Positions 9,987-19,005 of a DNA stretch of 55,527 nucleotides are shown piece by piece (the stretch's first letter is position 1; each line of letters starts with the position of its first letter). Where the stretch lies: positions 1-55,527 of the forward strand of contig JAZNBV010000079.1 of the NCBI GenBank assembly GCA_045587205.1, in the 5' to 3' direction. The notes beneath the pieces were generated by a model. It saw only the letters and a list, made by a program, of their open reading frames with translations, did not search any database and was not told the DNA's origin. The stretch is from Victivallaceae bacterium. Lineage in GTDB: Bacteria; Verrucomicrobiota; Lentisphaeria; Victivallales; Victivallaceae. A program made the position numbers and the translations under genes.

Positions 9987-11381
9987 ATGAGCAATAACTC
10001 TTCCTCCCGCGAGCAGTTCGCATCGCGTGCCGGCTTTATTCTTATGACAGCCGGATGTGCCATCGGATTAGGCAATGTCTGGCGTTTTTCGTATATCTCC
10101 GGTCAGTACGGAGGCGGCTTTTTTGTGCTGCTTTATCTGATATTTCTGCTGCTTCTGGGTACTCCGGTTATGCTTATGGAGCTTGCGCTCGGCAGAGCCG
10201 GACAAAGCACCTTTCCGGGGGCGTTCCGCAGATTGAAAAACCCTGACTGCCGTTATGCGTGGGAAAAACCGGTATATATATTTTTTTCCGGCAACCTTAT
10301 ACTGCTGATGTTTTACAGCGTTATCACCGGCTGGCTGCTGCACTACGGCTGGCTCTTCTGCAAAGATACATTCCGCAATGCTACGCCTGAAACCTGTAAA
10401 AATGTCTTTGCTGCTATGCTTGATGCCCCGGCTACCCAGATATTCTGGATGCTTGCGGCGCTGCTTATCACGCTGGCAATCTGTATCGGCGGCGTGCGTA
10501 AAAGCATTGAGCGATCCATAAAATTTATGATGGGGGGGCTGTTTCTTCTTATGATTATTCTGGTGATTCAATCGCTGAATCTGCCGGATTCCGGCAAAGG
10601 TCTTGAATTTTTCCTTAAACCGGATTGGAAAAAGTTTGCCGGAAACGGCATTTTTGCAACTGTCCACGCAGCAATGGCACAAGCATTTTTCACTTTGAGT
10701 CTGGGAGTTGGCAGTATTGCGGTCTGCGGCAGTTATACATCCAAAGAGAGTTCGCTTTTAACTGAAGGCTGCTGGATAGTATTGCTGGACACTATTGTGG
10801 CAATTGCATCGGGTCTGATAATTTTTCCGGCGTGTGCGGCATTCGGCATCCAGCCTGATGCCGGTCCGTCACTGATCTTTATAACCCTGCCCAATGTTTT
10901 TCACAATATGGCGGGCGGTATGTTCTGGGGCATACTCTTTTTTATTTTTCTGGCTATTGCGGCACTCTCCACATTGGTGGCGGTTTTTGAAAATCTGGCA
11001 GCATTCGGTATGGATCAGTGGTCCTGGAGCAGAAAAAAGTCCTGTCTGATCTTCGCAGCACTGCTGGCAGTGCTTTCCCTGCCCTGTATATTGGGATTCA
11101 ATCTGTGGAAAAACATTCAGCCGCTGGGCAATGGCAGCACTATTCTGGATCTGGAAGATTTTATCATCAGCGACAATCTGCTGCCGCTGGGGGCACTCTA
11201 TACAGCAATATTCTGTATGAACCGTTACGGTTGGGGCAAAGAAAATGCCTTTGCAGAAATCAATACCGGTAAAGGTTTGAAATTTCCACTGAAAACCGCC
11301 TGCTATCTGACTTATATACTGCCGTTGATAATCTTTGCCATCTGGCTGCTCGGTCTGGGAAAACGGTTCAACTGGTTCTGA
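9987..11381 (+). CDS. Neurotransmitter:sodium symporter (NSS/SNF, SLC6-like) family transporter
   Basis: GLGNVWRFSYISGQYGGGFF...GTPVMLMELALGRAG matches the NSS TM1 signature (GNxWRFPY, GGGAF). About 12 TM segments. Confidence 0.8.
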   Translation: MSNNSSSREQFASRAGFILMTAGCAIGLGNVWRFSYISGQYGGGFFVLLYLIFLLLLGTPVMLMELALGRAGQSTFPGAFRRLKNPDCRYAWEKPVYIFFSGNLILLMFYSVITGWLLHYGWLFCKDTFRNATPETCKNVFAAMLDAPATQIFWMLAALLITLAICIGGVRKSIERSIKFMMGGLFLLMIILVIQSLNLPDSGKGLEFFLKPDWKKFAGNGIFATVHAAMAQAFFTLSLGVGSIAVCGSYTSKESSLLTEGCWIVLLDTIVAIASGLIIFPACAAFGIQPDAGPSLIFITLPNVFHNMAGGMFWGILFFIFLAIAALSTLVAVFENLAAFGMDQWSWSRKKSCLIFAALLAVLSLPCILGFNLWKNIQPLGNGSTILDLEDFIISDNLLPLGALYTAIFCMNRYGWGKENAFAEINTGKGLKFPLKTACYLTYILPLIIFAIWLLGLGKRFNWF

Positions 11382-11456
11382 AAAAATTTCATCACCCGGG
11401 GAACAAGAGCATTATTTCCGCAGTCTTTAGCTCCGGAGATCCCCCATCCCTTGCCG

Positions 11457-11507
11457 ATCTGCCGGAAAAAATCCCGAAAAGTTCCGGCAGATCGGTTCTT
11501 TCTGTAA
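11457..11507 (+). terminator. Probable terminator of the NSS transporter gene
   Basis: 14-bp inverted repeat ccgatctgccggaa / ttccggcagatcgg followed by a T-rich ttctttctg. Confidence 0.45.
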
Positions 11508-11591
11508 AAACAGAAAAACTTGTTTAATTGATTTGCTTTTTCCTCTTTCCGGGTAATATTATTCTTCAGTAAGTTTTACGAAAGGTTTTTT

Positions 11592-11918
11592 ATGGCTGAC
11601 AAAGAGAAAAAATTTGAAGAAGCCCTTGCCGAACTTGAACAGGTGATTTCTGAAGTGGAAAACGGCTCAATGCCGCTGGAAAAAATGATCGACAAGATCA
11701 CTGAAGGTGTTAAACTTATCAGGTTCTGTCAAAAACGGCTTGATGCGCTGAACAGTAAAGTGGAGATTCTCTTCAAAGATGATGGAGCCGGCGGCGAATT
11801 TACAGAATTTGATTCTGCCACCGACCGTGCCCGTGCCGCCGGCGCCGCCGCGCCCGCCCCCGGGAAAAAAACTGTTCAGAACGCAGATAATCCCAACCAG
11901 GATCAACTGCCGTTCTGA
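11592..11918 (+). CDS. xseB: Exodeoxyribonuclease VII small subunit with a C-terminal Ala/Pro/Gly-rich extension
   Basis: KKFEEALAELEQVISEVENGSMPLEKMIDKITEGVKLIRFCQKRLDALNSKVEIL aligns with the XseB family core. A ~35 aa low-complexity tail follows. Confidence 0.7.
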   Translation: MADKEKKFEEALAELEQVISEVENGSMPLEKMIDKITEGVKLIRFCQKRLDALNSKVEILFKDDGAGGEFTEFDSATDRARAAGAAAPAPGKKTVQNADNPNQDQLPF

Positions 11919-12000
11919 AAAGCACCCTGACAACCGTCAAGTATGCTTTGAAGTTACCGGCATACAACATAAAAGATTCTCTTTTTTTCAAAAAAAAGAC

Positions 12001-12029
12001 TTGCAAAAAAACGTTTTTACGGTTATATT
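12001..12029 (+). promoter_or_regulatory. Sigma70-like promoter upstream of the DUF1846 gene
   Basis: TTGCAA (12001-12006), 17-nt spacer, TATATT (12024-12029). A second TATAAT lies at 12041-12046. Confidence 0.4.
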
Positions 12030-12073
12030 TATACCCCGGTATAATTTAATTTTTTTGTTATCGGGAAGAAAAA

Positions 12074-13588
12074 ATGAAACGCGGATTCGACAGCGAAAAG
12101 TATCTTGCAGAACAGTCGGCGGCGATTATTGAACGCGCCGGAAAATTTGACGACAAACTCTATATGGAATTCGGCGGCAAACTGATGGGCGATCACCACG
12201 CCGCACGCGTATTGCCGGGTTTCGACCCCGATACAAAAATCAAACTCCTTCAGCGCCTCAAAGACAAGATCGATATCGTTATATGCATCTATTCCGGGGA
12301 TATTGAACAACGCAAGATGCGTGCCGATTACGGTATATCATACGATGCGGATGTTATGCGCACCATTGATGTACTCGGCGACTGGGATCTGACCGTCAAA
12401 GCAGTGGTCGTTACCCGTTATCAGAATCAGCCGGCGGTACGCGGTTTTATCAACCGTCTGTCGCGCCGCGGAATCAAAGTTTATCTGCACAAGCCCATTG
12501 CCGGATATCCGACCGAACTGGACACTATCGTTTCCAGCAAAGGCTACGGCTCCAACAGTTATATTGAAACAGATAAACCCATTGTGGTGGTCACCGGCCC
12601 GGGGGCAAGTTCGGGCAAGATGGCAACGTGTTTATCGCAGGTTTACCACGATTTTCAGAAAGGTATCCGTGCCGGATATGCCAAATTTGAGACCTTCCCG
12701 GTCTGGAACCTGCCGCTCAAGCACCCTGTGAATATTGCTTATGAAGCGGCAACGGCGGATATCGGCGATGTAAATATGGTTGACAGTTTCCATCTGGAAC
12801 ACTATCAGACACCGGCGATCAACTACAACCGTGATCTGGAGGTTTTTCCGGTAGTGCACCGGATATGTTCGCGTATTATGGCGCCGGAACAGCTCTACAA
12901 CTCGCCGACTGATATGGGTGTCAATCGGGTGGGATTTGCCATTATTGATGATGAAGTGTGCCGGCAGGCTTCGGCACAGGAAGTCATCCGCCGCTATTTC
13001 CGGGCAATGTGCGATTATGCCACCGGCGCGGCAGAAAATTCACCCATCGAACGAATCAAACTTCTGATGGATGATCTGGGCATCAGCGAAACTGATCGCG
13101 CCGTGGTTGAACCGGCGCGCGAAGCTATGGCAAGCGCCGAAAAAACTCCCGGCAAAGGATGCGACAACATCTACTGCGGCGCGGCACTGCAGCTGGCAGA
13201 CGGCAGAATCATCACGGGGCGCAACTCCCCGCTGCTGCACGCGGCTTCCAGCTGTATATTGAATGCGGTAAAGGTGTTGGCAAATCTGCCGGATAATCTG
13301 ACACTGCTTTCGCCGGAAGTGATAAAAGCTGTGGCAAGCCTCAAACAGGATATCTATCACAATAAAGGTATCAGTCTGGATCTTTCGGAAACGCTCACCG
13401 CGCTCTCCGTGAGTTCCCCCAGCAACCCGGCGGCAAAGCTTGCACTGGATGAACTGCGGAACCTCAAAGGATGCGAAATGCACTTGAGCCACATTCCTCC
13501 GGGCGGCGATGAAAATGCCCTGCGGAAACTCGCTATAAATGTAACCAGCGAACCGCGCTTTACCGGCAGAAATCTGCTGCAGGATTAA
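12074..13588 (+). CDS. DUF1846 / UPF0371 family protein
   Basis: N-terminus MKRGFDSEKYL...EFGGKLMGDHHAARVLPGFDPDTKIKLL matches the conserved N-terminus of the ~500 aa UPF0371 family, as I remember it. Confidence 0.6.
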   Translation: MKRGFDSEKYLAEQSAAIIERAGKFDDKLYMEFGGKLMGDHHAARVLPGFDPDTKIKLLQRLKDKIDIVICIYSGDIEQRKMRADYGISYDADVMRTIDVLGDWDLTVKAVVVTRYQNQPAVRGFINRLSRRGIKVYLHKPIAGYPTELDTIVSSKGYGSNSYIETDKPIVVVTGPGASSGKMATCLSQVYHDFQKGIRAGYAKFETFPVWNLPLKHPVNIAYEAATADIGDVNMVDSFHLEHYQTPAINYNRDLEVFPVVHRICSRIMAPEQLYNSPTDMGVNRVGFAIIDDEVCRQASAQEVIRRYFRAMCDYATGAAENSPIERIKLLMDDLGISETDRAVVEPAREAMASAEKTPGKGCDNIYCGAALQLADGRIITGRNSPLLHAASSCILNAVKVLANLPDNLTLLSPEVIKAVASLKQDIYHNKGISLDLSETLTALSVSSPSNPAAKLALDELRNLKGCEMHLSHIPPGGDENALRKLAINVTSEPRFTGRNLLQD

Positions 13589-13610
13589 CAGCGTATCATA
13601 AAGCATAAAA

Positions 13611-13660
13611 AACGGCACTTTTTTCTGCTGAAAAAGCAAAAGAAAGTGCCGTTGAATTTT
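13611..13660. terminator. Imperfect hairpin between convergent genes; possible bidirectional terminator
   Basis: aacggcacttt ... aaagtgccgtt arms with a T-rich / A-rich interior, flanked by A and T runs. Confidence 0.35.
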
Positions 13661-13753
13661 TACGCGCAGTTTCAAACAGCTGCTCTCTGTTCCGCAGAAC
13701 TTGCTGTCAGTGCATTTGAAACAACAATCTATTCCATTCCCCGGAAGCGGTAC

Positions 13754-14590
13754 TTACGCCTGATCGCCGCCGTAAATAGCGCGGTAATTCATCGGCGGAA
13801 CCGGTGTGCTTTCGCCCAATTCCATATCCAGCATTTCGCGCACCTGAACAAAACCGCCTGATTTGAGAAATTCAATGAATTCAGTCTGCTGATCGTAGCA
13901 GATAATACTCTGTGCCTGACTGCGGTCGATATCCACAGCCGCGGCGGTCAGCGCCATAGCCGTCGGCAGATCATCGCTGATCATTGCCGCCATCTGACGG
14001 TATTTCTTCCAGCGGCGGCCGAAGATATGCCCTCTGCCGTTATCTGCACACAATGCATACTGACCGAACTCTTTGTAGTTGAAGTTCAAAAGATTGTGCC
14101 GCGACCAGTAAAATGCTTCGGCATCGCGCTTGACAGCCTGCGGCAATTCTTCAGCTGTCATTGCGTGCACACCGATATCTGTGCAGATAGCAAACTGCGG
14201 ATTTTCGGCAGCAAAAAAACTGATTCCGCGGCAGGGCTTGAAACCGAGTTTTGCATAAACTTTGGAACCATCGGGGGTGGCGTGCAGTTTTTTGGTTTTA
14301 TAATTTTCGGTCATCTTCAAAGCGTGTTCCACCAACAATGTGGCAAAGCCGCGGCGGCGGAACTCCTCTTTTACAATCACCAGATTGATAAATGCCATCG
14401 ACTGCGGTTCGTAGGTAACAACGCCAATGGAACCGGCTATTTCGCCGTCACACTCCAGAAAAAAGCCCTTCATATTGTCCGCATTGGTCAACAATGCACA
14501 TTCGGCTGGCGAATTGTTCCACTTTACAGCATCGGACATTGCGCTCAACACGGATGATTCGTCGGGTCTGATCTCTCTGATATTTATCAT
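13754..14590 (-). CDS. GNAT-family N-acetyltransferase with a C-terminal extension domain
   Basis: GNAT core ...FINLVIVKEEFRRRGFATLLVEHAL...AKLGFKP. Start placed at MINIREIRP because the ATG overlaps the upstream stop as ATGA (14587-14590), indicating translational coupling. Confidence 0.65.
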   Translation of the reverse strand: MINIREIRPDESSVLSAMSDAVKWNNSPAECALLTNADNMKGFFLECDGEIAGSIGVVTYEPQSMAFINLVIVKEEFRRRGFATLLVEHALKMTENYKTKKLHATPDGSKVYAKLGFKPCRGISFFAAENPQFAICTDIGVHAMTAEELPQAVKRDAEAFYWSRHNLLNFNYKEFGQYALCADNGRGHIFGRRWKKYRQMAAMISDDLPTAMALTAAAVDIDRSQAQSIICYDQQTEFIEFLKSGGFVQVREMLDMELGESTPVPPMNYRAIYGGDQA

Positions 14591-16329
14591 TTTTTCACCG
14601 TTATACTGCCGGATTTCAAATCTGTCCACAAGGTACCATCGCCGGCATAGATCACCTGCAGCTTTACTTTGGGGTTAAGTTTTTCAACCAGTGTCAAATC
14701 CGCCATAACTCCGCTGGCGCCCAGCGCTTTGGATTTCATTTCAACACCCTGCGCGCGCTCGTTGTTGCGCAAAAAAGCCACCTGAACATCAGTTTCGCCC
14801 TTGAGTTTGGCGCGGGCGGCTTCCAGTTCAGAGCGTTTGAGCTGCAATTCAGCGACTTCCAGGTCAGCTTCAGCGTTGATCATCTGTACTGCCTGCCGCT
14901 GCTGGGCGGCGATTTCGGCAGTGATCTTGCGGGTTTCCTGCTCAATCTCACGCCTTTTCTGATCAATCATAGCGGTCTGTTCGTTGAGTTGTGCCTCTAT
15001 CTTGGCAGTTTCCTGCAATGAAAAGTTGGTCAGATTCTGTTCAACAGCCAGACTGGCATCCTGTATGGGTTTGAGGATATTGTCGGGAATTGTCACATTG
15101 CGGATAATAGCGTTGTGAACCACAATGGATTTTTCGCCCAGAACTTTTTCCAGTTCACTGCGCAGATTATTCTGGAAAATTTCTCTGCCGGCACCGACAA
15201 TAAAATCCTGTGCCTTGTAGCTGGAACCCTTCATCCGGGTCACCGAAAGTATCTGCGGCAGAATAATCTTGCTTACCACCTGCGGCAAATCGCCGTAGAG
15301 CATATATATCCTGGCAATATGTTCAGGCATAAGTTCAAATTCCACAGTCATATCCATAAGGATCTTGAAGCCGTCGCGGCTGGGAAATTCAACAAAACCG
15401 CCTACGCTGTACACCATATCCGGTGTCTGCGGCAAAGTTGTAGGAGCTGCTGTACCGGCGGCTCTTGCCGCCTGCACACGATCAACTGAACGGTTGACGG
15501 TACGCGCCCGGTTGCTGTATGCTCTGCTGTCACTTCTCTGCTTATACAATCTTGCCGGAGCTTTAGCTGCCTGCGGAGCTGATTCTTTGAGCATATTCGC
15601 GCGCTGCATCAACTGACTGTTGAGGGTATTGGCAGAAATTTCACTCAATGTGCTGCTGGCGGATTCGATGCGGTTTTTCATTTCTATAACACTGCCGGAA
15701 CCGCCGGTCATTGTAACCTGATTCATCCCGATTTCAATAATATTGACCTGATAAGCACGGGGATTTATGTAATAAAGTCCCGGCTGAAGAATATCCTGCA
15801 GCACACCTTTTTCGCCCGGCTTGGCAAATTCGCCGGCCTGGGCTGCCCGTCCGGTCTGGGCTGTTACCACACCTACATAGCCGAAAGGTATATTTATGGC
15901 ATCGACAATATCTACTTTATACCCTTCCGGATTCAGGCGGTGCACCCCGGGAGTGAGGACATCGCGCCAGATCCCCTGATAACTCTTGTCCGGAGCAATG
16001 ATTTCGCCGGGTGCCAGCGGCTTGCCGACTTTGCCGGTTACCACACCGACTTTACCGATGGGGATAGTTATTGCCGGAACAATCTTTACATCGTACATAA
16101 CCGGGTCAAGAAAGTAGCGTCCCTCCGGCAAAACTTCCTGCCATATACCTTTTTCACCACGCTTGACCAGCAAAGTACCCGGCGCCGGAGTTTTTCCGCT
16201 TTTTGCTGTAACTATCGCCATATGTTCCGGCGGAACATAAAAACGGCAGAAACACCAGAAATAGATCACCGCCGCCAACGCTGCTGCCGGAATTACAAGC
16301 AAAGCTGCAGAAACTATATACTTTTTCAT
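14587..16329 (-). CDS. SPFH/band-7 (flotillin/HflK-like) membrane protein with a triplicated N-terminal motif and a C-terminal coiled coil
   Basis: N-terminal TM. Three consecutive ~45 aa repeats (KGIWQEVLPEGRYFLDPVMYDVKIVP; QGIWRDVLTPGVHRLNPEGYKVDIVD; KGVLQDILQPGLYYINPRAYQVNIIE) resemble the start of SPFH domains (GVV.R.G....PGLHF..P.id.V..vd). The C-terminal coiled coil is Ala/Gln/Glu-rich. Confidence 0.6.
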   Translation of the reverse strand: MKKYIVSAALLVIPAAALAAVIYFWCFCRFYVPPEHMAIVTAKSGKTPAPGTLLVKRGEKGIWQEVLPEGRYFLDPVMYDVKIVPAITIPIGKVGVVTGKVGKPLAPGEIIAPDKSYQGIWRDVLTPGVHRLNPEGYKVDIVDAINIPFGYVGVVTAQTGRAAQAGEFAKPGEKGVLQDILQPGLYYINPRAYQVNIIEIGMNQVTMTGGSGSVIEMKNRIESASSTLSEISANTLNSQLMQRANMLKESAPQAAKAPARLYKQRSDSRAYSNRARTVNRSVDRVQAARAAGTAAPTTLPQTPDMVYSVGGFVEFPSRDGFKILMDMTVEFELMPEHIARIYMLYGDLPQVVSKIILPQILSVTRMKGSSYKAQDFIVGAGREIFQNNLRSELEKVLGEKSIVVHNAIIRNVTIPDNILKPIQDASLAVEQNLTNFSLQETAKIEAQLNEQTAMIDQKRREIEQETRKITAEIAAQQRQAVQMINAEADLEVAELQLKRSELEAARAKLKGETDVQVAFLRNNERAQGVEMKSKALGASGVMADLTLVEKLNPKVKLQVIYAGDGTLWTDLKSGSITVKK

Positions 16330-16374
16330 AACTATCTCCTGACTTGAAACTTGTACAATGTTTTACTTTATTTA

Positions 16375-17592
16375 TCAAATTCTTTTTGAAATAACATCTT
16401 CATAAATCTCCCGGAGTTTTTCCAGGCGGTTCGTCCAATTCAGACTGCGCACTTTTTCCAATCCGGCAATACGCATCTTTTCCATTTGCGGGCGATTCTT
16501 TTCATTCAATATATCTTCACAAGCTGCCACCCACGGCTGAATTTCCGTAAGCTTCAGCACTCTGCCGTTTACATAATCTTCCACAAGTTCTCCGCCCGCT
16601 CCGGCAGGTGACACTATTACCGGCACTCCGGCAGCCCACGCCTCCAGCACCGCAGCGGCTGATACATCGTACCGCGATGGCAGCAGCACCAGTGATGCCG
16701 TCTGGAACGCCGCCCGGAAAGACTCATCCCCCGGCGGCAGACCGGGAATCAATGTCACTGTATTTTCCAGATTCAATTCTTTTATCCGCCGTTTGAGCTT
16801 ATTGAGATAACGCTCCTCTGCTGCCCAGCCAATGATAACCAGATGAAAATTGTTGGTGCGCTGACGCAGCATCAATGCTGTATCCAGCAGCAATTCGTAA
16901 TTTTTGCTTTCACAAACTGTTCCAACAGAAAGAATCATCTTCCGGTTACCCGGCAGTTGATAAAATTTGCGGAAATCAACTGCTGACGGCTTGCTGAAAA
17001 AACTGCCATCCACACCCGCCTGCCAATGCACCAGCTGGCGATCGCCCAACCTGACAGCGAGCAGCCGACGCAAATTGTGATCTCCGCAGAGAATACGCTC
17101 CGCGCTCCGGAGCGCATTGCCGTAACTGTGTAACGCATTGCCGGCAGCAGTTTCAGAATCGCACTGCAAAAATTCATCGCGGCTCCTGAAATATTCACTG
17201 CGGCAGAAAATCACACACCTGATTCCACGCTCACCGGCAATCCGGCAAACTTTCTGACACAATCTGCCCGGCACAAAAATATGCACCAGATCAAACTCTT
17301 TTTTGCGTAAAAATATCTCCAAACCCGGCAAATCAGCCTCGCCGCGGTCAAGATCGCTGCGGCGCTGAAAAAAATTCAGCCACGAACCTGCCGCCGGAGC
17401 AAACCGGTAAACCGGAACATTGTTAACAACTTCCATTGCCGCTTCAGACTCTTCCCTGCCCGCAGCAATAACCGCCTGCGCCCAGCCTTCAGCGGTCATC
17501 CGCTGCGCCAGATTCCACGCCTGCGCGGTCAGAAAATCCCATTTGCGCCGGTTGAAACGCGGCAACACCATCAATATTTTCATAACGAGCAA
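16375..17592 (-). CDS. Glycosyltransferase family 1 (GT4-like)
   Basis: MKILMVLPRF start and the C-terminal E..V.DG.NG motif region (GGELVEDYVNGRVLK) are typical of GT1/GT4 retaining glycosyltransferases. Confidence 0.65.
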   Translation of the reverse strand: MLVMKILMVLPRFNRRKWDFLTAQAWNLAQRMTAEGWAQAVIAAGREESEAAMEVVNNVPVYRFAPAAGSWLNFFQRRSDLDRGEADLPGLEIFLRKKEFDLVHIFVPGRLCQKVCRIAGERGIRCVIFCRSEYFRSRDEFLQCDSETAAGNALHSYGNALRSAERILCGDHNLRRLLAVRLGDRQLVHWQAGVDGSFFSKPSAVDFRKFYQLPGNRKMILSVGTVCESKNYELLLDTALMLRQRTNNFHLVIIGWAAEERYLNKLKRRIKELNLENTVTLIPGLPPGDESFRAAFQTASLVLLPSRYDVSAAAVLEAWAAGVPVIVSPAGAGGELVEDYVNGRVLKLTEIQPWVAACEDILNEKNRPQMEKMRIAGLEKVRSLNWTNRLEKLREIYEDVISKRI

Positions 17593-17780
17593 ACCACTTG
17601 CATTTTCTACTTAATTACCCGTCAAAAATTGTCCTTCGTAAAATATAGCGCCGTTTTTTGATAAATACAAGCAAAAAAGTATTAAAAAAACTGCTTTCAA
17701 ACAATGCAATCACCTGCCGGTGTGATATATTAACACCATCAGAATTTGTTATTTGCAGTTTTTCAACCCGGAGTATGCTT

Positions 17781-18866
17781 ATGCGAGATAAAATAATTGC
17801 CCTGGCGGCTTGTTCCGTAATCTTTATTGTTGTGCTGGTTATAGCCCTGACCACTGCAGTCCGCGGCAATGCGCGCAATACCGCTGCAACCGATACCGGC
17901 AGCCAATCCGCTGTTTCCGGAACGCCAACCGCGGCAACGGCTGCTGCAGAAGAATCTGCGCCGGAAATTCCGGTGGAAACAGCCCAGTTGGTGATTCCGC
18001 AACCAGCGCTGCCGGTTCCGGAAAAATATCTTTACAAGCATCCGTTAAAAAATCTGCACCGGAATTTTGATTTTTCACGCACAGCATCCCTGCCCCGGAA
18101 CCTTGCCGGATATCGGTTCAACGCCGGGATATTGGTCGATCTGGATTCCGGAAAAGTTTTGTGGGCAAAAAACGCAAAAGCTCCGGTGCCGATAGCTTCG
18201 CTGACCAAACTTTTGACCATATACACGGCATTTGAAGAAATTGAACGCCGGAAGGATATAGATCTGAATACCCCGGTGACCGTTTCGCTGGAATGTACCC
18301 AGACAACTCCGGTGCGGATCAACCTGAAACCGGGCGAAAAAGTTTCTCTGCACGAACTTTTTATTTACTCAATGCTCCGCAGTGCCAATGATGCGGCACA
18401 TCTGATAGCCGAATATTTCGGCAGCGGAGAAAGCAGCCGCTTTATCCTGCGGATGAACCGCAAAGCCGCCTCTATCGGTATGACCAACGGATATTTTGTC
18501 AATGCCAACGGATTGCCGATATACGGCAAAAAGCCTTCCGATACATTGATGAACAAAGCCAGCTGTCTGGATATGGTCAAACTTATCCAGCGGCTTTACG
18601 AATATCCGATGATCCTGCGCTACACTGCCTGCAGCAGCAAAAAAACACGGCACGGCACTTTGAATAACGGCAACCGGCTGCTGGGAAAAGTGCGCGGTAT
18701 GGAAGGACTCAAAACCGGATACACCAATGCCGCCGGACATTGTCTGGCATTCAGCTGCCGCCGCGACGGAAGGCGTCTGGTGGGAATCGTGACCGGATTC
18801 AGGAAACGCCAGAACTGTTTTAACTTTACAGCACAACTGCTGGAATGGGGATTCAAGCAACATTGA
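17781..18866 (+). CDS. D-alanyl-D-alanine carboxypeptidase (peptidase S11, PBP5/6-like)
   Basis: SxxK (ASLTKLLT), SxN (SANDAA) and KTG (KTGYT) active-site motifs. N-terminal TM/signal. Start at 17781 has a GGAG RBS; the longer ORF from 17658 is unsupported. Confidence 0.8.
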   Translation: MRDKIIALAACSVIFIVVLVIALTTAVRGNARNTAATDTGSQSAVSGTPTAATAAAEESAPEIPVETAQLVIPQPALPVPEKYLYKHPLKNLHRNFDFSRTASLPRNLAGYRFNAGILVDLDSGKVLWAKNAKAPVPIASLTKLLTIYTAFEEIERRKDIDLNTPVTVSLECTQTTPVRINLKPGEKVSLHELFIYSMLRSANDAAHLIAEYFGSGESSRFILRMNRKAASIGMTNGYFVNANGLPIYGKKPSDTLMNKASCLDMVKLIQRLYEYPMILRYTACSSKKTRHGTLNNGNRLLGKVRGMEGLKTGYTNAAGHCLAFSCRRDGRRLVGIVTGFRKRQNCFNFTAQLLEWGFKQH

Positions 18867-19005
18867 CAATGGCAGGCACCTGCAAAAAGCATTTATTCTT
18901 TGTTCAGACGGAAAAGCAGGACAAAGATTGACTCCTGATTTGTATTAACGGAGTAATTGTGTTATATTATATAACGAGTTTTTTCATTTTAAAAATCAGA
19001 GTATT

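Noticed and set aside
17658-17780. N-terminal extension of the carboxypeptidase ORF starting at 17658
   Set aside because: The extension (MINTSKKVLKKLLSNN...) lacks an RBS and overlaps the divergent promoter region. An ATG at 17781 with a GGAG RBS gives a normal signal or TM start (MRDKIIALAACSVIF...).
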